A stretch of 64,000 nucleotides of DNA from Octopus sinensis (GCF_006345805.1 NC_042999.1:51522001-51586000), one strand, 5' to 3'; positions 1-12,718 are shown, counted from the stretch's first letter. The notes: generated by a model from the letters alone, not told the origin. Numbers and translations: made by a program.

Positions 1-112
1 TTTTTCTGTCTGTCTGTCTATATAAATATATATGTATGTATGTATGTATGTATATATATATATATATTATATATATATATATATATGTGTGTGTATATAT
101 ATATATAAAACA

Positions 113-150
113 CATGCCAGCATGGAGGGATGACGTTAAATGATGATGTA
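113..150 (+). mobile_element. 3' tail fragment of interspersed repeat family D
   Basis: CATGCCAGCATGGAGGGATGACGTTAAATGATGATG resembles the 3' end of the copy at 15398-15588. Confidence 0.4.
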
Positions 151-300
151 TGCGGGTGTTTGTATTTTCTATACCAATCAAAACAGACAACTAGTATGTG
201 TGTATGTATATATATATATGTGTGTGTGTGTCTACTACATACTTGATATGTTACCAATATACCCTATTTGCACAACTAACATTAGTCCTAACTCACTGTC

Positions 301-1150
301 TTACTGTTAATCCTGTTCACAATATTACTTTCTTTGTCAATCCTGTTCACTGTATTACCTATTTTGTAAATTCTGTTCACTGTATTACGTTCTTTGTCAA
401 TCCTGTTCACTGTATTACCTTCTTTGTCAATCATGTTCACTATATTACCTTCTTTGTCAATCCTGTTCATTGTATTACCCTCTTTGTCAATCCTGTTCAC
501 TGTATTACATTCTTTGTCAATCCTGTTCACTGTATTACCTTCTTTGTCAATCATGTTCACTATATTACCTTCTTTGTCAATCCTGTTCATTGTATTACCC
601 TCTTTGTCAATCCTGTTCACTGTATTACATTCTTTGTCAATCCTGTTCACTGTATTACCTTCTTTGTCAATCCTGTTCACTGTATTACCTTCTTTGTCAA
701 TCCTGTTCACTGTATTACCTTCTTTCTCAATCTTGTTCACTGTATTACCTTCTTTGTCAATCATGTTCACTGTATTACCTCCTTTCTCAATCCTGTTCAC
801 TATTACGTTCTTTGTCAATCCTGTTCACTGTATTACGTTATTTGTCAATCCTGTTCACTGTATTACCTTCTTTGTCAATCCTGTTCACTGTATTACCTTC
901 TTTGTCAATCCTGTTCACTGTATTACATTATTTGTCAATCCTGTTCACTGTATTACCTCCTTTGTCAATCCTGTTCACTGTATTACCTCCTTTGTCAATC
1001 CTGTTCACTGTATTACGTTCTTTGTCAATCCTGTTCACTGTATTACCTCCTTTCTCAATCCTGTTCACTGTATTACGTTCTTTGTCAATCCTGTTCACTG
1101 TATTACCTTCTTTGTCAATCACGTTCATTGTATTATCTTCCTGTTAATGT
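301..1150. repeat. 30-bp minisatellite, ~28 copies (TCTTTGTCAATCCTGTTCACTGTATTACCT)
   Basis: Period 30 is directly visible. 421-540 is repeated exactly at 541-660. A 2-bp deletion near 802 shifts the phase. Confidence 0.95.
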
Positions 1151-1302
1151 CAACAATATTTGTGTTTTAAACTAAGTTTTTCACTCAAATATCAAACCAG
1201 TCCTGTTTTTCAACCATTAAACAATTTTTACAGCTTTCAGTTGATTTCTGTTTATTTTCTCTGTGACAAACTAATTTTAATTCTTTCATGTTCTTATTTA
1301 TT

Positions 1303-1348
<46 letters not shown>

Positions 1349-3374
1349 TCCTTCTAATTTTTGTTTGCCTGTTATGACAAGTGCTTGATTTTCAAAGTTG
1401 ACTTCATCAGCGTCACATTATCAACTGCTGTCTTCATCTCCTTGCTCTCATCTCATTTGACCTTCTCAATAGCTTTCATTCCTCCTTATTTGTTAACTTC
1501 ATTCAGTTAAACATTATCTTTAAACCAGTTAAAACTGATTACAGTTTTTCATTTTATTTTCCATCTCACATCCCGTCATCTATCTTCTGCCGTCTTCTTT
1601 CACTCTTTCAATAATTTCTCTTCCCATTACAATCACACGCACACACATCAACACACACACACTCTCTTTCTCTCTCTGACTCTTTCTCTTTCACAGCAAC
1701 ATACATTCTCTGACTGTTTGTCTCTCTCTTTCACTCATAATGACACACACACATACTCTCTTTCTCTTTGCCACACACAAACATATTCTTCCCCACCACC
1801 CTTGCATTGCTATTTACCCCCATTGTGGCTGAGTGAAGTGAGTCATTTTTCTCACACACATACACACACATACACACACATACACACACACACAGATCTT
1901 ACAGTGATTCGATTTTTTTTTTAATGTATTTTTTATCAAAACTTATTCTTTTGATTTTCCTAGGAAAGCTTTTGTTTTTTCTGCTTATTTCCCCATTTTG
2001 TTTTACTCTCAATGTGTCCCTTACATTGTCTGATCCTAAATCCTTCCCTTTTACTTTTAGCCAGGTTTTCTACAAGAAATCCTTCGCTTCTAGTCAGTCA
2101 AAAATGGAAAAAAAAAAAGAAAAAAAACCCACTAAAAAGTAACAAAAAAAAAAAATTCCTAATCGTAGAAAAGTGACCCGTGGTCAGTTATAGGGTTTTA
2201 GTGATTATTGAACCAGATTGTGATGAAACACCTGCAGCAGTTATTATTGTGCTAACTCTTCAAATACCAAAGTACACGTTTTAGTCAATAACACATCGAG
2301 TCAGGAGTAACAGATGCTGCAACCCCATCAAGGATTTATGAAATTTAACAACATTTTTGTTCTTTGACAATATTTGCAGGCTTCATACCAAGAATTTTTC
2401 CTAGACTCTTCTCATTCCCTGTGATACCATCATGATATTCTATCATATTAGTTAATTTATTTTAGTTTTTCATTGCTTTCTACAATTGTAATCTATCACC
2501 TTGCTCTATGGCCGTTTGCTGACCACTTCTCAGCAGTTGATGGGTTTCAGTTTCTTCTATTCTTTTTTTTTTTTTTCCTTCCCCAAAGTCAATTTCGTTC
2601 TAATTCTTCTTCCAGACTCCATGTTAACAAAATTTCTTCAATAAAAATTGTTCACTTTTGTGTTTTCGGTTTTTTCTTGTTATTAATCTCACTTCTAAGA
2701 AATGGAATTAAAGTGATTGAAAAGTATATTTCTACTAATTAATTAATGCCATTTATTAATCGGTTTTATGATTACTTAACTTTCCATTTCCAATCTTTTA
2801 TAAACCTCTTGTTTGTTTGTTCTTTCAATATATTCTAATATTTTTGTTGGGGAAGAAAATATCCTGGAAATCCTAAATTTAGAACTGGTAATCCTGATTG
2901 ATTGGAAAAGATTTGACAAAAAAAATGGAAGCAGCAGCAGTAGCAGTGGCAGCAGCTATAATTATTTCTTTCATTAACCAAATGGATGTGGTTGCTTTTT
3001 AATGGTGTAGTTGGAGGAGGAAGGTCACATTCAACCTCTGGCTTCATTGTTTACAATAGAATAAACAGGAATAGGATCACACAAGGACCAGGCAGTGGTA
3101 TTTAGCTGGATGATGGATCAAATCCACTGCCCATGAGCAAGCACGCACACCTTCCACTAGGATTCTGTACATTTTCAGTCGAGACTCTTTCAGCATGACA
3201 TTTGACCAAGGTGTCATGAAGTTCTGCTCACGACCACTCAACCATCCTTCAACTGTCCTAACCATGCAGCCTTTTGTTGTACTTAGCTACTGGAAATTCT
3301 CCCTCAACCCATTTCCTACTGTTTTTAAAAATCTGATTTGTTCATTTTTTTTTTGGACTCACTGAGTAAAAGGT

Positions 3375-3550
3375 ATGGTCATGGCATTGTGCAAAATTCC
3401 ACTACTCTACATTTTGAGTTCAAGTTCTGTCTTTCATCCCTTTTGCGGTTGATAAAATAAGTACCAGTTAAGCACTGAGGTTGATGTCATTGACCAGCAC
3501 CCCCGCTCCTAAATTTCAGATCAATGTGCCTATAGAGTAGAAAGGAAGAT
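3375..3550 (+). mobile_element. SINE family B (tRNA-derived), degraded copy
   Basis: TTGAGTTCAAG B-box-like motif and GATAAAATAAGTACCAG body shared with other family B copies. Confidence 0.7.
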
Positions 3551-3568
3551 TATTAGTATTATTATTAA

Positions 3569-3788
3569 CCCTTTCGTTACTGTATTTATTTTGAGATGCT
3601 CTGTGTTTCTTTCAATTATTTTAAATATAACAAAGAATTTAGTAAAATAACTTAGTTATCATTCAGCTAGTGTTAGGAACATTAATTGTGACTAAGGTTT
3701 GGTGGAAGACTTAAATTCAAAACTTATGAAAACAAGACATTTGTACTCAGAGCCAGAGCCGGTTTCAGCCGGGTTGGTAATAAGAGGG
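3569..3788. mobile_element. piggyBac-like MITE (220 bp)
   Basis: TTAA at 3565-3568 and 3789-3792. Ends CCCTTTCGTTAC / GTAATAAGAGGG form a 9/12 inverted match. No ORF. Confidence 0.75.
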
Positions 3789-3790
3789 TT

Positions 3791-4240
3791 AAGGTGGTGA
3801 GCTGGCAGAATTGTTAGCATGTTGGACAAAATGCTTAGTGGCGTTTCATCCATCTTAATGTTCTGAGTTCAAATTCCATCGAGGTTGACTTTACCTTTTA
3901 TCCTCTTTGGGTCAACAAAATAAGTACCAGGTGGACACTGGAGTTGATGTAATTGACTTATCTCGTCCTCAGAAATTGCTGGCCTTGTGCCAAAATTTGA
4001 ACTCATTATTAAGGTGATGAGCTGGCAGAATTTGTTAGCATGTTGGACAAAATGCTTAGTGGTATTTCGTCTGTCTTAACGTTCTGAGTTCAAATTCTGC
4101 TGAGGTCAACTTTGCCTTTCATCTTTTCGGGGTCAATAAGTTATGTAGCAGTGAAGCAGTAGGGTCGATGTAATTGATTAGTCGCATCATCCTCCCAAAT
4201 TTCAAGTCTTGTTCCTTTAGTAGAAAGGACAATTACTATT
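3791..4240 (+). mobile_element. Two head-to-tail full SINE family B copies
   Basis: Heads AAGGTGGTGAGCTGGCAGAATTGTTAGC at ~3791 and ~4011, each followed by GAGTTCAAATTC B-box and the family body. Confidence 0.85.
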
Positions 4241-4444
4241 TAGTCACTCTCAAAAACTGTAAGCTTGTTGTTTGCTCTGTCTAAAGATGTGTTTTTGTTA
4301 AATTTAGTTCTGCACTTTGTGTTTTAATCTAATCTTCATTCAGTTGGGCTTGTGAGTTCCTTTAAGGATTTGAATTTCTTCAAAAATAAAACATGGCAGC
4401 ATGTTTCAAAGCCAGCATGTGAAGAGGTTGTGAATGAGAGGCTG

Positions 4445-4945
4445 TCATTATATATAATGAAATTATTGTATACAGTGCTCAGGTGCACTGCAACTTGTCA
4501 AAAGGGCATATAAAGCATATGCATAAATGTACAAATGTCTGGAAAGTGATCAGTGTATGAGATACATGCTTGCATGTGTATGGAGGGGAGAAAATCAGGT
4601 GTAGTGTTGGCGAATCTCAGGAAGCATGGAAGTTTTGAAGGATGCAGTGCTCTGGCAACTAACAACTGATGCCAGCAGTTTGTTCCATGCTTCAGCAACT
4701 CTTCGCGTGAAAAAATGTTTCCGAAAGTCATGGGAGCTGTGCTGTTTTCTGACTTTGTAAATATGTCCATGGGTGTTAGACGGGTGGAGTTTGAAAAGGT
4801 GCTCAGACTTCTTGTTTGTAAGATGGTTAAAAATTTTATGGGTGTCTGCCAAGTCAGCTGCCAGACGTCAGAGTTTCAATATATCCATGCCCAGGGAAGT
4901 AAGGCGTTCAGAATATGGCAAATGCCTGTTCCTCAGGTAAAAAAT
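4445..4945 (-). mobile_element. CR1/L2-type LINE, 3' end of ORF2 plus 3'UTR (5'-truncated)
   Basis: LPYSERLTSLGMDILKL...THGHIYKVRKQH...RKHFFTRRVAEAWNKL..VVSCQSTASFK matches the CR1 ORF2 C-terminal pattern (YxERL, RGH, FFxxRVxxxWNxLP). Confidence 0.8.
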
Positions 4946-5287
4946 AACTCCTTCAGACTGATGTACATTGAAGTACGTAGCAATAACAAAAGTGTTCTGA
5001 GCAACAACAACAACTGCAATAACAATATAACAAGTGAAACTGCCTTCAGCGACCATTAACAAAAATAAATGTCCAGAAGAACTGCATGTCATCATCTCGA
5101 TTGCAAAAAGTCCCAGCCTGGACAGGGAAATATCATCATCACCGCTTCATCAGTCGACAGTAATAACTGAGGTCATCACCTCTCCCTGAAATTCTATAAT
5201 ACAAAAAAACCCAGCTCTTGCATTATCAAACACCCCATAACTGCAGCTGGTGGTTCAATCGGCACCGAAAACGTCAGCAGAAGCAAG

Positions 5288-5700
5288 TGGAGGCGCAATG
5301 GCTCAGTGGTTAGGGCAGCGGACTCGTGGTCGGAGGATCACAGTTTTGATTCCTAGACTGGGCGTTGTGTGTGTTTATTGAGTGAAAACACCTAAAAGCT
5401 CCACGAGGCTCCAGCAGGGGGTGGTGGTGACCCCTGTTGTACTCTTTCGCTTCAACTTTCTCTCACTCTTTCTTCCTGTTTCTTGTTCCCGACTTCCTAC
5501 GCAACCGCTGAGCCTGGATGCACGTTCATCCATCTGTCGATGGTGTCGGGGGTTGACCTGCTTTCTCTTTTGTGGGATCTTACGAATAGCAAAGGACCAC
5601 GTTTTGGACTTCTCCCAGGAAGAAGACCACTTCACTCAACAAACAAGCAGTTGCAGTAAAATTGGGTCTTTTGCCAGTGCATGCGGTATTTGAAAGAATT
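5288..5700 (+). mobile_element. tRNA-derived SINE family C
   Basis: A-box TGGCTCAGTGG (~5299) and B-box-like GTTTTGATTCC (~5344), followed by a long non-tRNA body. Head resembles that of 20413-20758. Confidence 0.7.
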
Positions 5701-5899
5701 CAGTTAACAAAAGAAAATGTGTTACAGATAAACAGAAAATGGTGTCTGAAAGCAGTATAGAGGAGAGAGAGAGAGATGTGTGTGATAGTCTACCAATGCA
5801 TAGGACCAAAAAGTAGATGGGAAGAAAGACCAAACGAAGCACTGTAGAGAGGTGTCTGAAATCCGTTTTTACTTAAAAAACCCGTACCACCAATGGCAG

Positions 5900-6300
5900 G
5901 CATTCTGATACTGATGACGTCAGCTTCCCCTTGGAGGACGAGGCAAAAACTATAAGACTATTTTCATATTCTGGTCAACACGTGACGAAGGGTATTGTAG
6001 CGGACTTTGTGCCAGAAATAATCTGCTGGTTGGTGGCAGTCGTATTTTTCAACATTGAAGAGAGAACTACAATATTAGAAGAGCACAAATTATGAAGGGA
6101 GAATTGGTCGAAGATAGGAATGGAGTTCTTAATTCAACAGAAGAGATTCGAAGCCACTGCCAACCTAATTCAGTCACCAAAGAGAGTTCTTTTGTTTGTG
6201 GCATTAGAGAGCAGAAGATCAAGATACTACAAATGTGGCACTAGCAACCATCTAAGGGCCTGCTATCTACATAAAAGAGTGAAGGAAAGAAAACGGCTAC
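5900..6300 (+). pseudogene. Possible degraded gag-like/ORF1 zinc-knuckle remnant
   Basis: SRRSRYYKCGTSNHLRAC resembles a decayed CX2CX4HX4C knuckle; surrounding frames have stops. Confidence 0.3.
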
Positions 6301-7125
6301 TGTTTTCTACATCACAACTATAACACTACTAGCATCATTGGTATTTGTTGCAGTTTTTCTGCATTCTGAGTTCAAATCCTGCCGAGATCAATTTTTTCAT
6401 CCTTTCGGGGTCAGTAAAATATCGGGGCAGTGGATTGGTAGAATTGTTTTGTGGGTCGAATGAAATGCTGTTTTGGTGTTTGTTCTGGCTCATTGTGTTC
6501 TCAGTTCTTGGAATCAATCCGTCGCCCGATTTAACACCCACACATGGTTCCTTTAAAGGGGTTCACTCTGTTAAAGTTATTGGCGTTCGGTCTCCTGTTC
6601 CAGGATAACATCTTTCCATCCATCAGTGTCAAGGGTCCAGACAAGGGCAATGGTCACTGTTGTTCCTGCCTTCACTAAGTGGTAAACCGAAATCAACTGT
6701 TACAAATGGAATAATGATGATGTCGTACATTGAGTAAATTCCGTAGGAGGAAGATAACGGAGGTCATTCTCTCTCCTTGAGGACATTCAATTCACATCTT
6801 GTTTTCAATTTGCACAGTAACTAATTGTCGTTCTCACCTTCAACATCAGTAACTTGCCTTACTCCACTGATACACTCTCACTACAGTCTATGTTCAATTA
6901 TCATCCCCTGAGGGAAATAATAGATGGTAGATTTCTTTTCTGTGATAACTACCTGTATTTCGTATAGGACAGAAAATGGGTGTGGAGGCCTGCCCTGCAC
7001 TTCGTTGATGAGGAAGGTGGGGTTTTATTGAGCAAATAGAAAGTTAATTAGTGAATATGTTTATAAAGAAGTATAGAAGTCTCACGCACGCACAGAACAC
7101 TGCATATATATATATAAATTTACAC

Positions 7126-7386
7126 GAAAGAAACTGACACAGATTCTCCCAATCCAATCTATTAGTGGCAAAGTGAAGATCTGTAAGACATTCCAAAAAG
7201 TCTCTATGAGAGATTCTTAAGTGAATAAATACACATACTAAGGTGAATGCATCGACAGTTCAACCTACACACCAACTCAACCATATATATATATATACAA
7301 ATATCGGAAACTCAACTTAAAAAGTCTTGTTTTGTTAACGACCAGCTTGGATTCTCTCAAGAACTTAAATAAAACTCAAAGAAATC
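7126..7386 (+). mobile_element. R4/Dong-type (RLE) LINE, extreme 3' end (ORF C-terminus plus 3'UTR)
   Basis: Homologous by eye to 10833-11130 and 41770-43640 (KKLTQILPIQSISGKVKICKTFQK, then shared UTR). Ends in (CA)n. Confidence 0.75.
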
Positions 7387-8096
7387 ACACACACACACAC
7401 ACACACTCATTTTTCTATCAAGTTACTTATAACAACAATTTAGTATTAAACCAAAGGGGACTTAGGCTTAATCTTGGTCATCAAACAGCCTGACAGTGAG
7501 CAAGTCGAAACTTCAAAGTTACTATCAACCTTTTCCTGGCTAAAGTTTATATATATGGCAATTACATTGTGCGATAAGCCCTTAGAATCAAAATTACTTC
7601 GTGCAGTTATTCATCCGTTCCCCCACAAAAAAAAATCCACACAACTCCTCCCCCACAAAACTCATCAATCTGCTCTTCATTTATTTCTGGAGATATTAAT
7701 ATCTTTGTCACATCACTGCTACCAAATCACTGATGCAGTTCCAATCTATGGAATTTAGTTAATGCCAAATTCTTATAGCTCTCAGTCTTTTTGTTGAAAT
7801 TCACATATGAATCCGTGGTTTGATTTATATTGGTCGCTGTTTTATGCTACATTATTACTGTTGCACACCTATTTTCCATAAGAATATAACAACCAACGGA
7901 GCATCCAAGCTGCGCACACTTCACTCACATTACTGTAAATCCATGGTGAACTCTTTAGCATCGGGAAAGATTCTATGATGTCAGGGTCTGCCAAAGTGAA
8001 GCATACCTTACAATAGTAATCTATAATGTCTCATTAATATACTGACCACAACAACGACCACACACATTAATTCCTTTATCTTGAACACAATTATCT

Positions 8097-8455
8097 TTTT
8101 ACTTGTTTCAGTCATTTTGACTACGGCCATGCTGGAGCACCGCCTTTAATCGAGCAAATCGACACCAGGACTTATTCTATCGGTCTCTTTTGCCGAACCG
8201 CTAAGTGACGCGGACATAAACACACCAGCATCGGTTGTCAAGCAATGCTAGGGGGACAAACACAGACACACAAACATACACGCACATACATATATATACA
8301 TATATACGATGGGCTTCTTTCAGTTTCCGTCTACCAAATCCACTCACAAGGCTTTGGTCGGCCCGAAGCTATAGTAGAAGACACTTGCCCAAGGTGCCAC
8401 ACAGTGGGACTGAACCCGGAACCATGTGGTTGGTAAACAAGCTACTTACCACACA
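8097..8455 (-). mobile_element. SINE family A (tRNA head, internal TA/CA microsatellite), near full length
   Basis: Reverse complement of the full copy at 11649-12110, lacking the first ~15 nt. Confidence 0.9.
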
Positions 8456-8499
8456 AACAAAAATATAAACTCAATGTGTATAAACAAACAAAAATAAAG

Positions 8500-8740
8500 C
8501 CTGCATCACAAACTTCCGTTGAAGTATAGACCAGGTTTTTCAACAATTTCCGGTTGATTTGGAACAACTTGGGCCATACCAGAATGGATGTAGTCAGTGC
8601 AAGCTTTGCATCGCAGGGAGGAGAATAATTCTAAAAAAAACAGCCTTCGAGCCGGATGCCTTCCTGAATTCAAAAAGCGAAATTTTTACTCGCTGCCCTT
8701 ATAGTAGAAAATTCATTTTGGCAGCGTGGTATTCCGCCTT
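8500..8740 (+). mobile_element. Penelope-like element, GIY-YIG endonuclease C-terminal remnant
   Basis: EQLGPYQNGCSQCKLCIAGRRIIL...FLNSKSEIFTRCPYSRKFILA fits the PLE C-terminal pattern PYxxGxxxCxLCxxEK...LNxRxExxxxCxHxxKF. Confidence 0.65.
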
Positions 8741-9054
8741 TTCTTGCTACAGAATAGAAAACATAAAGGTAGGTAAAGCTGACCTCCTCCAATAGTGCAA
8801 TGGGAAGCAACTCTTCTTTCCCTCTGGGAAATGTGTCACTTCGTCTTGCTTTTTATTGTCACTAAGCAAATTAAGATTGCAGTAAAGAGGATACGTACTT
8901 CCGGCCAGTTTGTACTTCGTGTTTACGTATGTAATTATTCAGTTTTATTTCTGGATTTCTTGCCAGTAGAGAAAGAGCAGATCTCTAATCTAGATGCAAG
9001 GCTCCTTTATTGGATTTCAACATCAGCAACAAGGTATGTATGTATGTATGTATG

Positions 9055-9091
<37 letters not shown>

Positions 9092-9129
9092 CTTATATTT
9101 TTTAATTATTATAAATCTTCCACTAAGGA

Positions 9130-10373
9130 GGGAGCCAGTTTCCAACAATGATAGAAGGCTCCATCTTTGGGATGTAGTTAGCACAGACACATTTGGAACT
9201 TGGAAGTGCACATTTTTACAGTTTTTACAGTTCCCCTCTGTCTCAAACGACAATATCCGGCCTGTTATGCTTACATTTGACAGAAGTTTTGATTGGAATA
9301 TTCCACCAGTATTCCTTAAATTGGTGTTTATGAATGTATTCCATAATAGAGGGTTTTTTTAAAAGTTTATTTCAGGACAGTCTTTTTTAGCGGATGGCAT
9401 TGTAAGTTGTTTTAGCAACAACATCTTGCTGCATATGAAGGTAGTGCCATGAAAACATCTTAGGGCAACTGCTAATCCTTACATTTGACAGAAGTTTCAA
9501 TGGGAATATTCCACCAGTATTCCTTGAGTCGTTGTTTATGAACGTATTCTATAACAGAGGGATTTTCTAAGTTTATTTCAGGACAGGCTTTTTTTGTGGA
9601 GGGCATTGTAAATTATTTGAGAAAAAACATTGTGACCGACATTTTAGAACAGCTGCTAATCACATGCATGATGTCTTTCACAGAAACATGACATAGCCTA
9701 TACATGCATTTGCACCCTGGTATTACAAGAGTGTCACTGTCTCTCTTGTTCACCAGGTACTTTGTGGCAAACTCCTGTTCCTGGATTGCAAATGCATAGC
9801 CCTTATAGTGTGTTGTGATGTAGTGGTGTTGTGTCCAAGAGAGGGTGTGCTTCATCTCAATTCTTCTGCCTTCTTCAAGCTTCTGGGCAACACACCCATG
9901 CATGGTTTTCTTTTTTTTGTATGCTGAGTGCTTTCCATCAAGGTCTTCTCTGAGGTAAGAGAGCCCAGGTGTTTTGGGGCTGTATAGGAGATCATCATAA
10001 ACCTTGCTTACCAACCACATGGTTCCGGGTTCAGTCCCACTGCATGGCACCTTGGGCAAGTGTCTTCTACTATAGCCTCAGGCTGACCAAAGCCTAGTGA
10101 GTGGATTTGGTAGACGGAAACTGAAAGAAGCCCGTCGTATATATGTATATATATGTTTGTGTGTCTGTGTTTGTCCCCTCAACATCGCTTGACAACCGAT
10201 GCTGGTGTGTTTACGTCCTTGTAACTTAGCGGTTCGGCAAAAGAGACCGATAGAATAAGTACTATGCTTACAAAGAATAAGCCCTGAGGGTCGATTTCCT
10301 CGACTAAAGGTGGTGCTCCAGCATGGCCGTGGTCAACTGACTGAAACAAGTAAAAGAGTAAAAGAGTAAAGAG

Positions 10374-10408
<35 letters not shown>

Positions 10409-10800
10409 ATCTCAGACAGTACATTATGTTGTTAAACTCACAATGCCCCTGGAAGATTTGGTTGGGACTGCTTGTATACAGTTTGTTCATAATGTTTAGG
10501 CAAGCAATGGGCCTATAGTTCTTAGCCAACACAGTGGTTTCATTCTTGGCTACAAAATCTGAATTTCCATAGGACTTCTGAATATAATAGTTTTATGTAA
10601 AATGTCAGCCTCTTATACCAAAATTCAACTCTTAGGTCCCTTCCAAATGTCTTCCCATTATGCAATTTGCCTACAACTATGGTAAAAGTTACTGGGTCAA
10701 TTACATATTTCTTACTGTCGATGTTGGTACAGCATTCTCTCCTTTTACTGCATTTAGCCATGACGTCTTGAGGTTGAGACCCCTCTTTTCGTTCCATATT
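9130..10800 (-). mobile_element. R4/Dong-type RLE LINE, internally deleted and degraded
   Basis: RT start AKNYRPIACLNIMNKLYTS (10400-10530); QEQEFATKYL...CxYRLCH..KDIMHVISSC zinc finger; KEYWWNIPIETSVKCKHNRPD endonuclease motif. Interrupted by a SINE. Confidence 0.8.
10003..10373 (+). mobile_element. SINE family A, 5'-truncated, inserted in the R4/Dong copy
   Basis: Matches 11649-12110 from CTTGCTTACCAACC to the GTAAAAGA tail repeats. Confidence 0.9.
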
Positions 10801-10832
10801 TTCAACCAGAATAATTCGAAGGGAGTCTAAAT

Positions 10833-11130
10833 TGTATGTATGATTTTTCTTTGAGTATAATTTTAGTTGGTCTTGAGAGAGTTCAAACAGGTTGCTAACA
10901 AGGCGACAAGAGTTTTTGAGTTAAGAGAGTTCCCGGTATTTGTACATATGAAGTTGAGTTGGCGTGTTGGTTGAACTCTTGATGCATTTACCTTAGTATG
11001 TGCACCTATTCACTTAAGAATCTCTCCTGGAGACTTTTTGGGATGTCTTCCAAATCTTCACTTTGCCACTAATAGAATGGATTTGAAGAATCTGTGTCAG
11101 TTTCTTTCACAGTTTTTCCGTGAAACCATC
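10833..11130 (-). mobile_element. R4/Dong LINE 3' end (second copy) with short (CATA) tail
   Basis: Homologous to 7126-7386 and 41770-43640. Confidence 0.75.
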
Positions 11131-11452
11131 TATGTATGTATGTGAGTGTGTGTGTATGTGTGTGTGTATGTGTATGTATGTATGTATGTATGTGTGTATG
11201 TATGTATGTATGTATGTATGTATGTATGTATGTATGTATGTGTGTGTGTGTATGTATGTATGTATGTATGTATGTATGTATATATGTATGTATGTATGCA
11301 TGTATGTATTTATGTATGCATGTATGTATGTATGTATGTATGTATGTATGCATGTATGTATGCATGTATGCATGTATGCATGCATGTATGTATGTATGTA
11401 TGTATGTATGTATGTATGTATGTATGTATGTATGTATGCATGTATGTATGTA
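11131..11452. repeat. (TATG)n/(TG)n microsatellite, ~320 bp
   Basis: Directly visible. Confidence 0.97.
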
Positions 11453-11648
11453 TCAGTCTGCTAGATAACCACTGTTAGTTTATGGACGTCACCTCGTTCG
11501 AGAAAAGACAATTATAGAATAAGAATCAGTAATTCATAGAAGTAGTCAGGACGACGCATTCGCCTAAACCCTCCAAGACAGTGCTCCAGCATAGCCGTAT
11601 CCCTGTGACTGAAAGAGAACAATGAAAAAATATTTATATATAAATATA

Positions 11649-11841
11649 GGCGCAGGAGTGGCTGTGTGGTAAGTAGCTTGCTAACCAACCACATGGTTCC
11701 GGGTTCAGTCCCACTGTGTGGCATCTTGGGCAAGTGTCTTCTGCTATAGCCTCAGGCCGACCAAAGCCTTGTGAGTGGATTTGGTAGACGGGAACTGAAA
11801 GAAGCCTGTCGTATATATGTATATATATATGGATATATATA

Positions 11842-11889
<48 letters not shown>

Positions 11890-12110
11890 GTATGTGTGTG
11901 TGTGTGTGTTTGTGTGTCTGTGTTTGTCCCCCTAGCATTGCTTGACAACCGAGGCTGGTGTGTTTACGTCCCCGTCACTTAGCGGTTCGGCAAAAGAGAC
12001 CGATAGAATAAGTGCTGGGCTTACAAACAATTAGTCCCGGGGTCGATTTGCTCGACTAAAGGCGGTGCTCCAGCATGGCCGCAGTCAAATGACTGAAACA
12101 AGTAAAAGAG
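11649..12110 (+). mobile_element. SINE family A, full length
   Basis: GGCGCAGGAGTGGCTGTGTGGTAAG head, GGTTCAGTCCC B-box, internal (TA)n/(TG)n, GTAAAAGAG tail; many copies in the window. Confidence 0.92.
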
Positions 12111-12718
12111 TATTCCGGAAAAAGGAAAACTTCGAACTTCGAAATAAAATTAAAAAAATCGCTGTTCAAGGGAAATAATTACTGAGATATGTATGAGTTA
12201 TTTCCCCTGTACCACTATCTTGAGAGATTTGCAGGATATTGTTATTGGATTAACAGTAATTGATTATCATTAGTAGAGATTATCTTTCCTAGAGATTATC
12301 TTCAGTAGAGATTATCTTTAGTAAAGAAGAGACATTATTGAACGGTATATCATTTAAGACTCTGATATAACAAATATTTTCTAAATATTTGCATGTTTTT
12401 TGAAAGTCATTTTACTTCAAATGAAGTTGAGGCCATGCTGGTGTACCGCCTTTCAGTATGATTAGATTTCTTTTTTGTACTGTCTCTGGTGAAGAAGCTA
12501 GCTGGACGGAGCTGCTATTCTTTGTATCTCCTGCCGAGATGTGGGTTCATCTGTTATTTCAAATAAAATCTTATCCAGACGTTCTTTGAAGACGTCTACA
12601 TTTTAACGACGCAAAACTCTGAGGCTGTTTGGCAGAATGTTGAATAGTTGTGGACCCCTGAAACCCAAGCACTTTTACAGTACTGGATCCTTGTTCTATA
12701 TTGTGAAGATAAGATCTT

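Noticed and set aside
198-1175. 325-, 258- and 225-aa ORFs
   Set aside because: Translations of the 30-bp minisatellite; all frames are open and a frameshift is tolerated.
3077-3265. 62-aa minus ORF (VEGWLSGREQ)
   Set aside because: Only faint likeness to a LINE RT segment; no convincing splice sites or domain.
5288-5365. tRNA-like sequences here and at 20680-20758 and SINE A/B heads
   Set aside because: A/B boxes are present but there is no closed acceptor stem, and each continues into a SINE body; not tRNA genes.
6470-7050. Coding-like composition, possible LTR pol remnant
   Set aside because: No recognisable motif in any frame I translated.
11069-11478. HTYI/MYVC-repeat ORFs (also at 22877, 28337, 30119, 32460, 33416, 38176, 47212)
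   Set aside because: Microsatellite translation artefacts.
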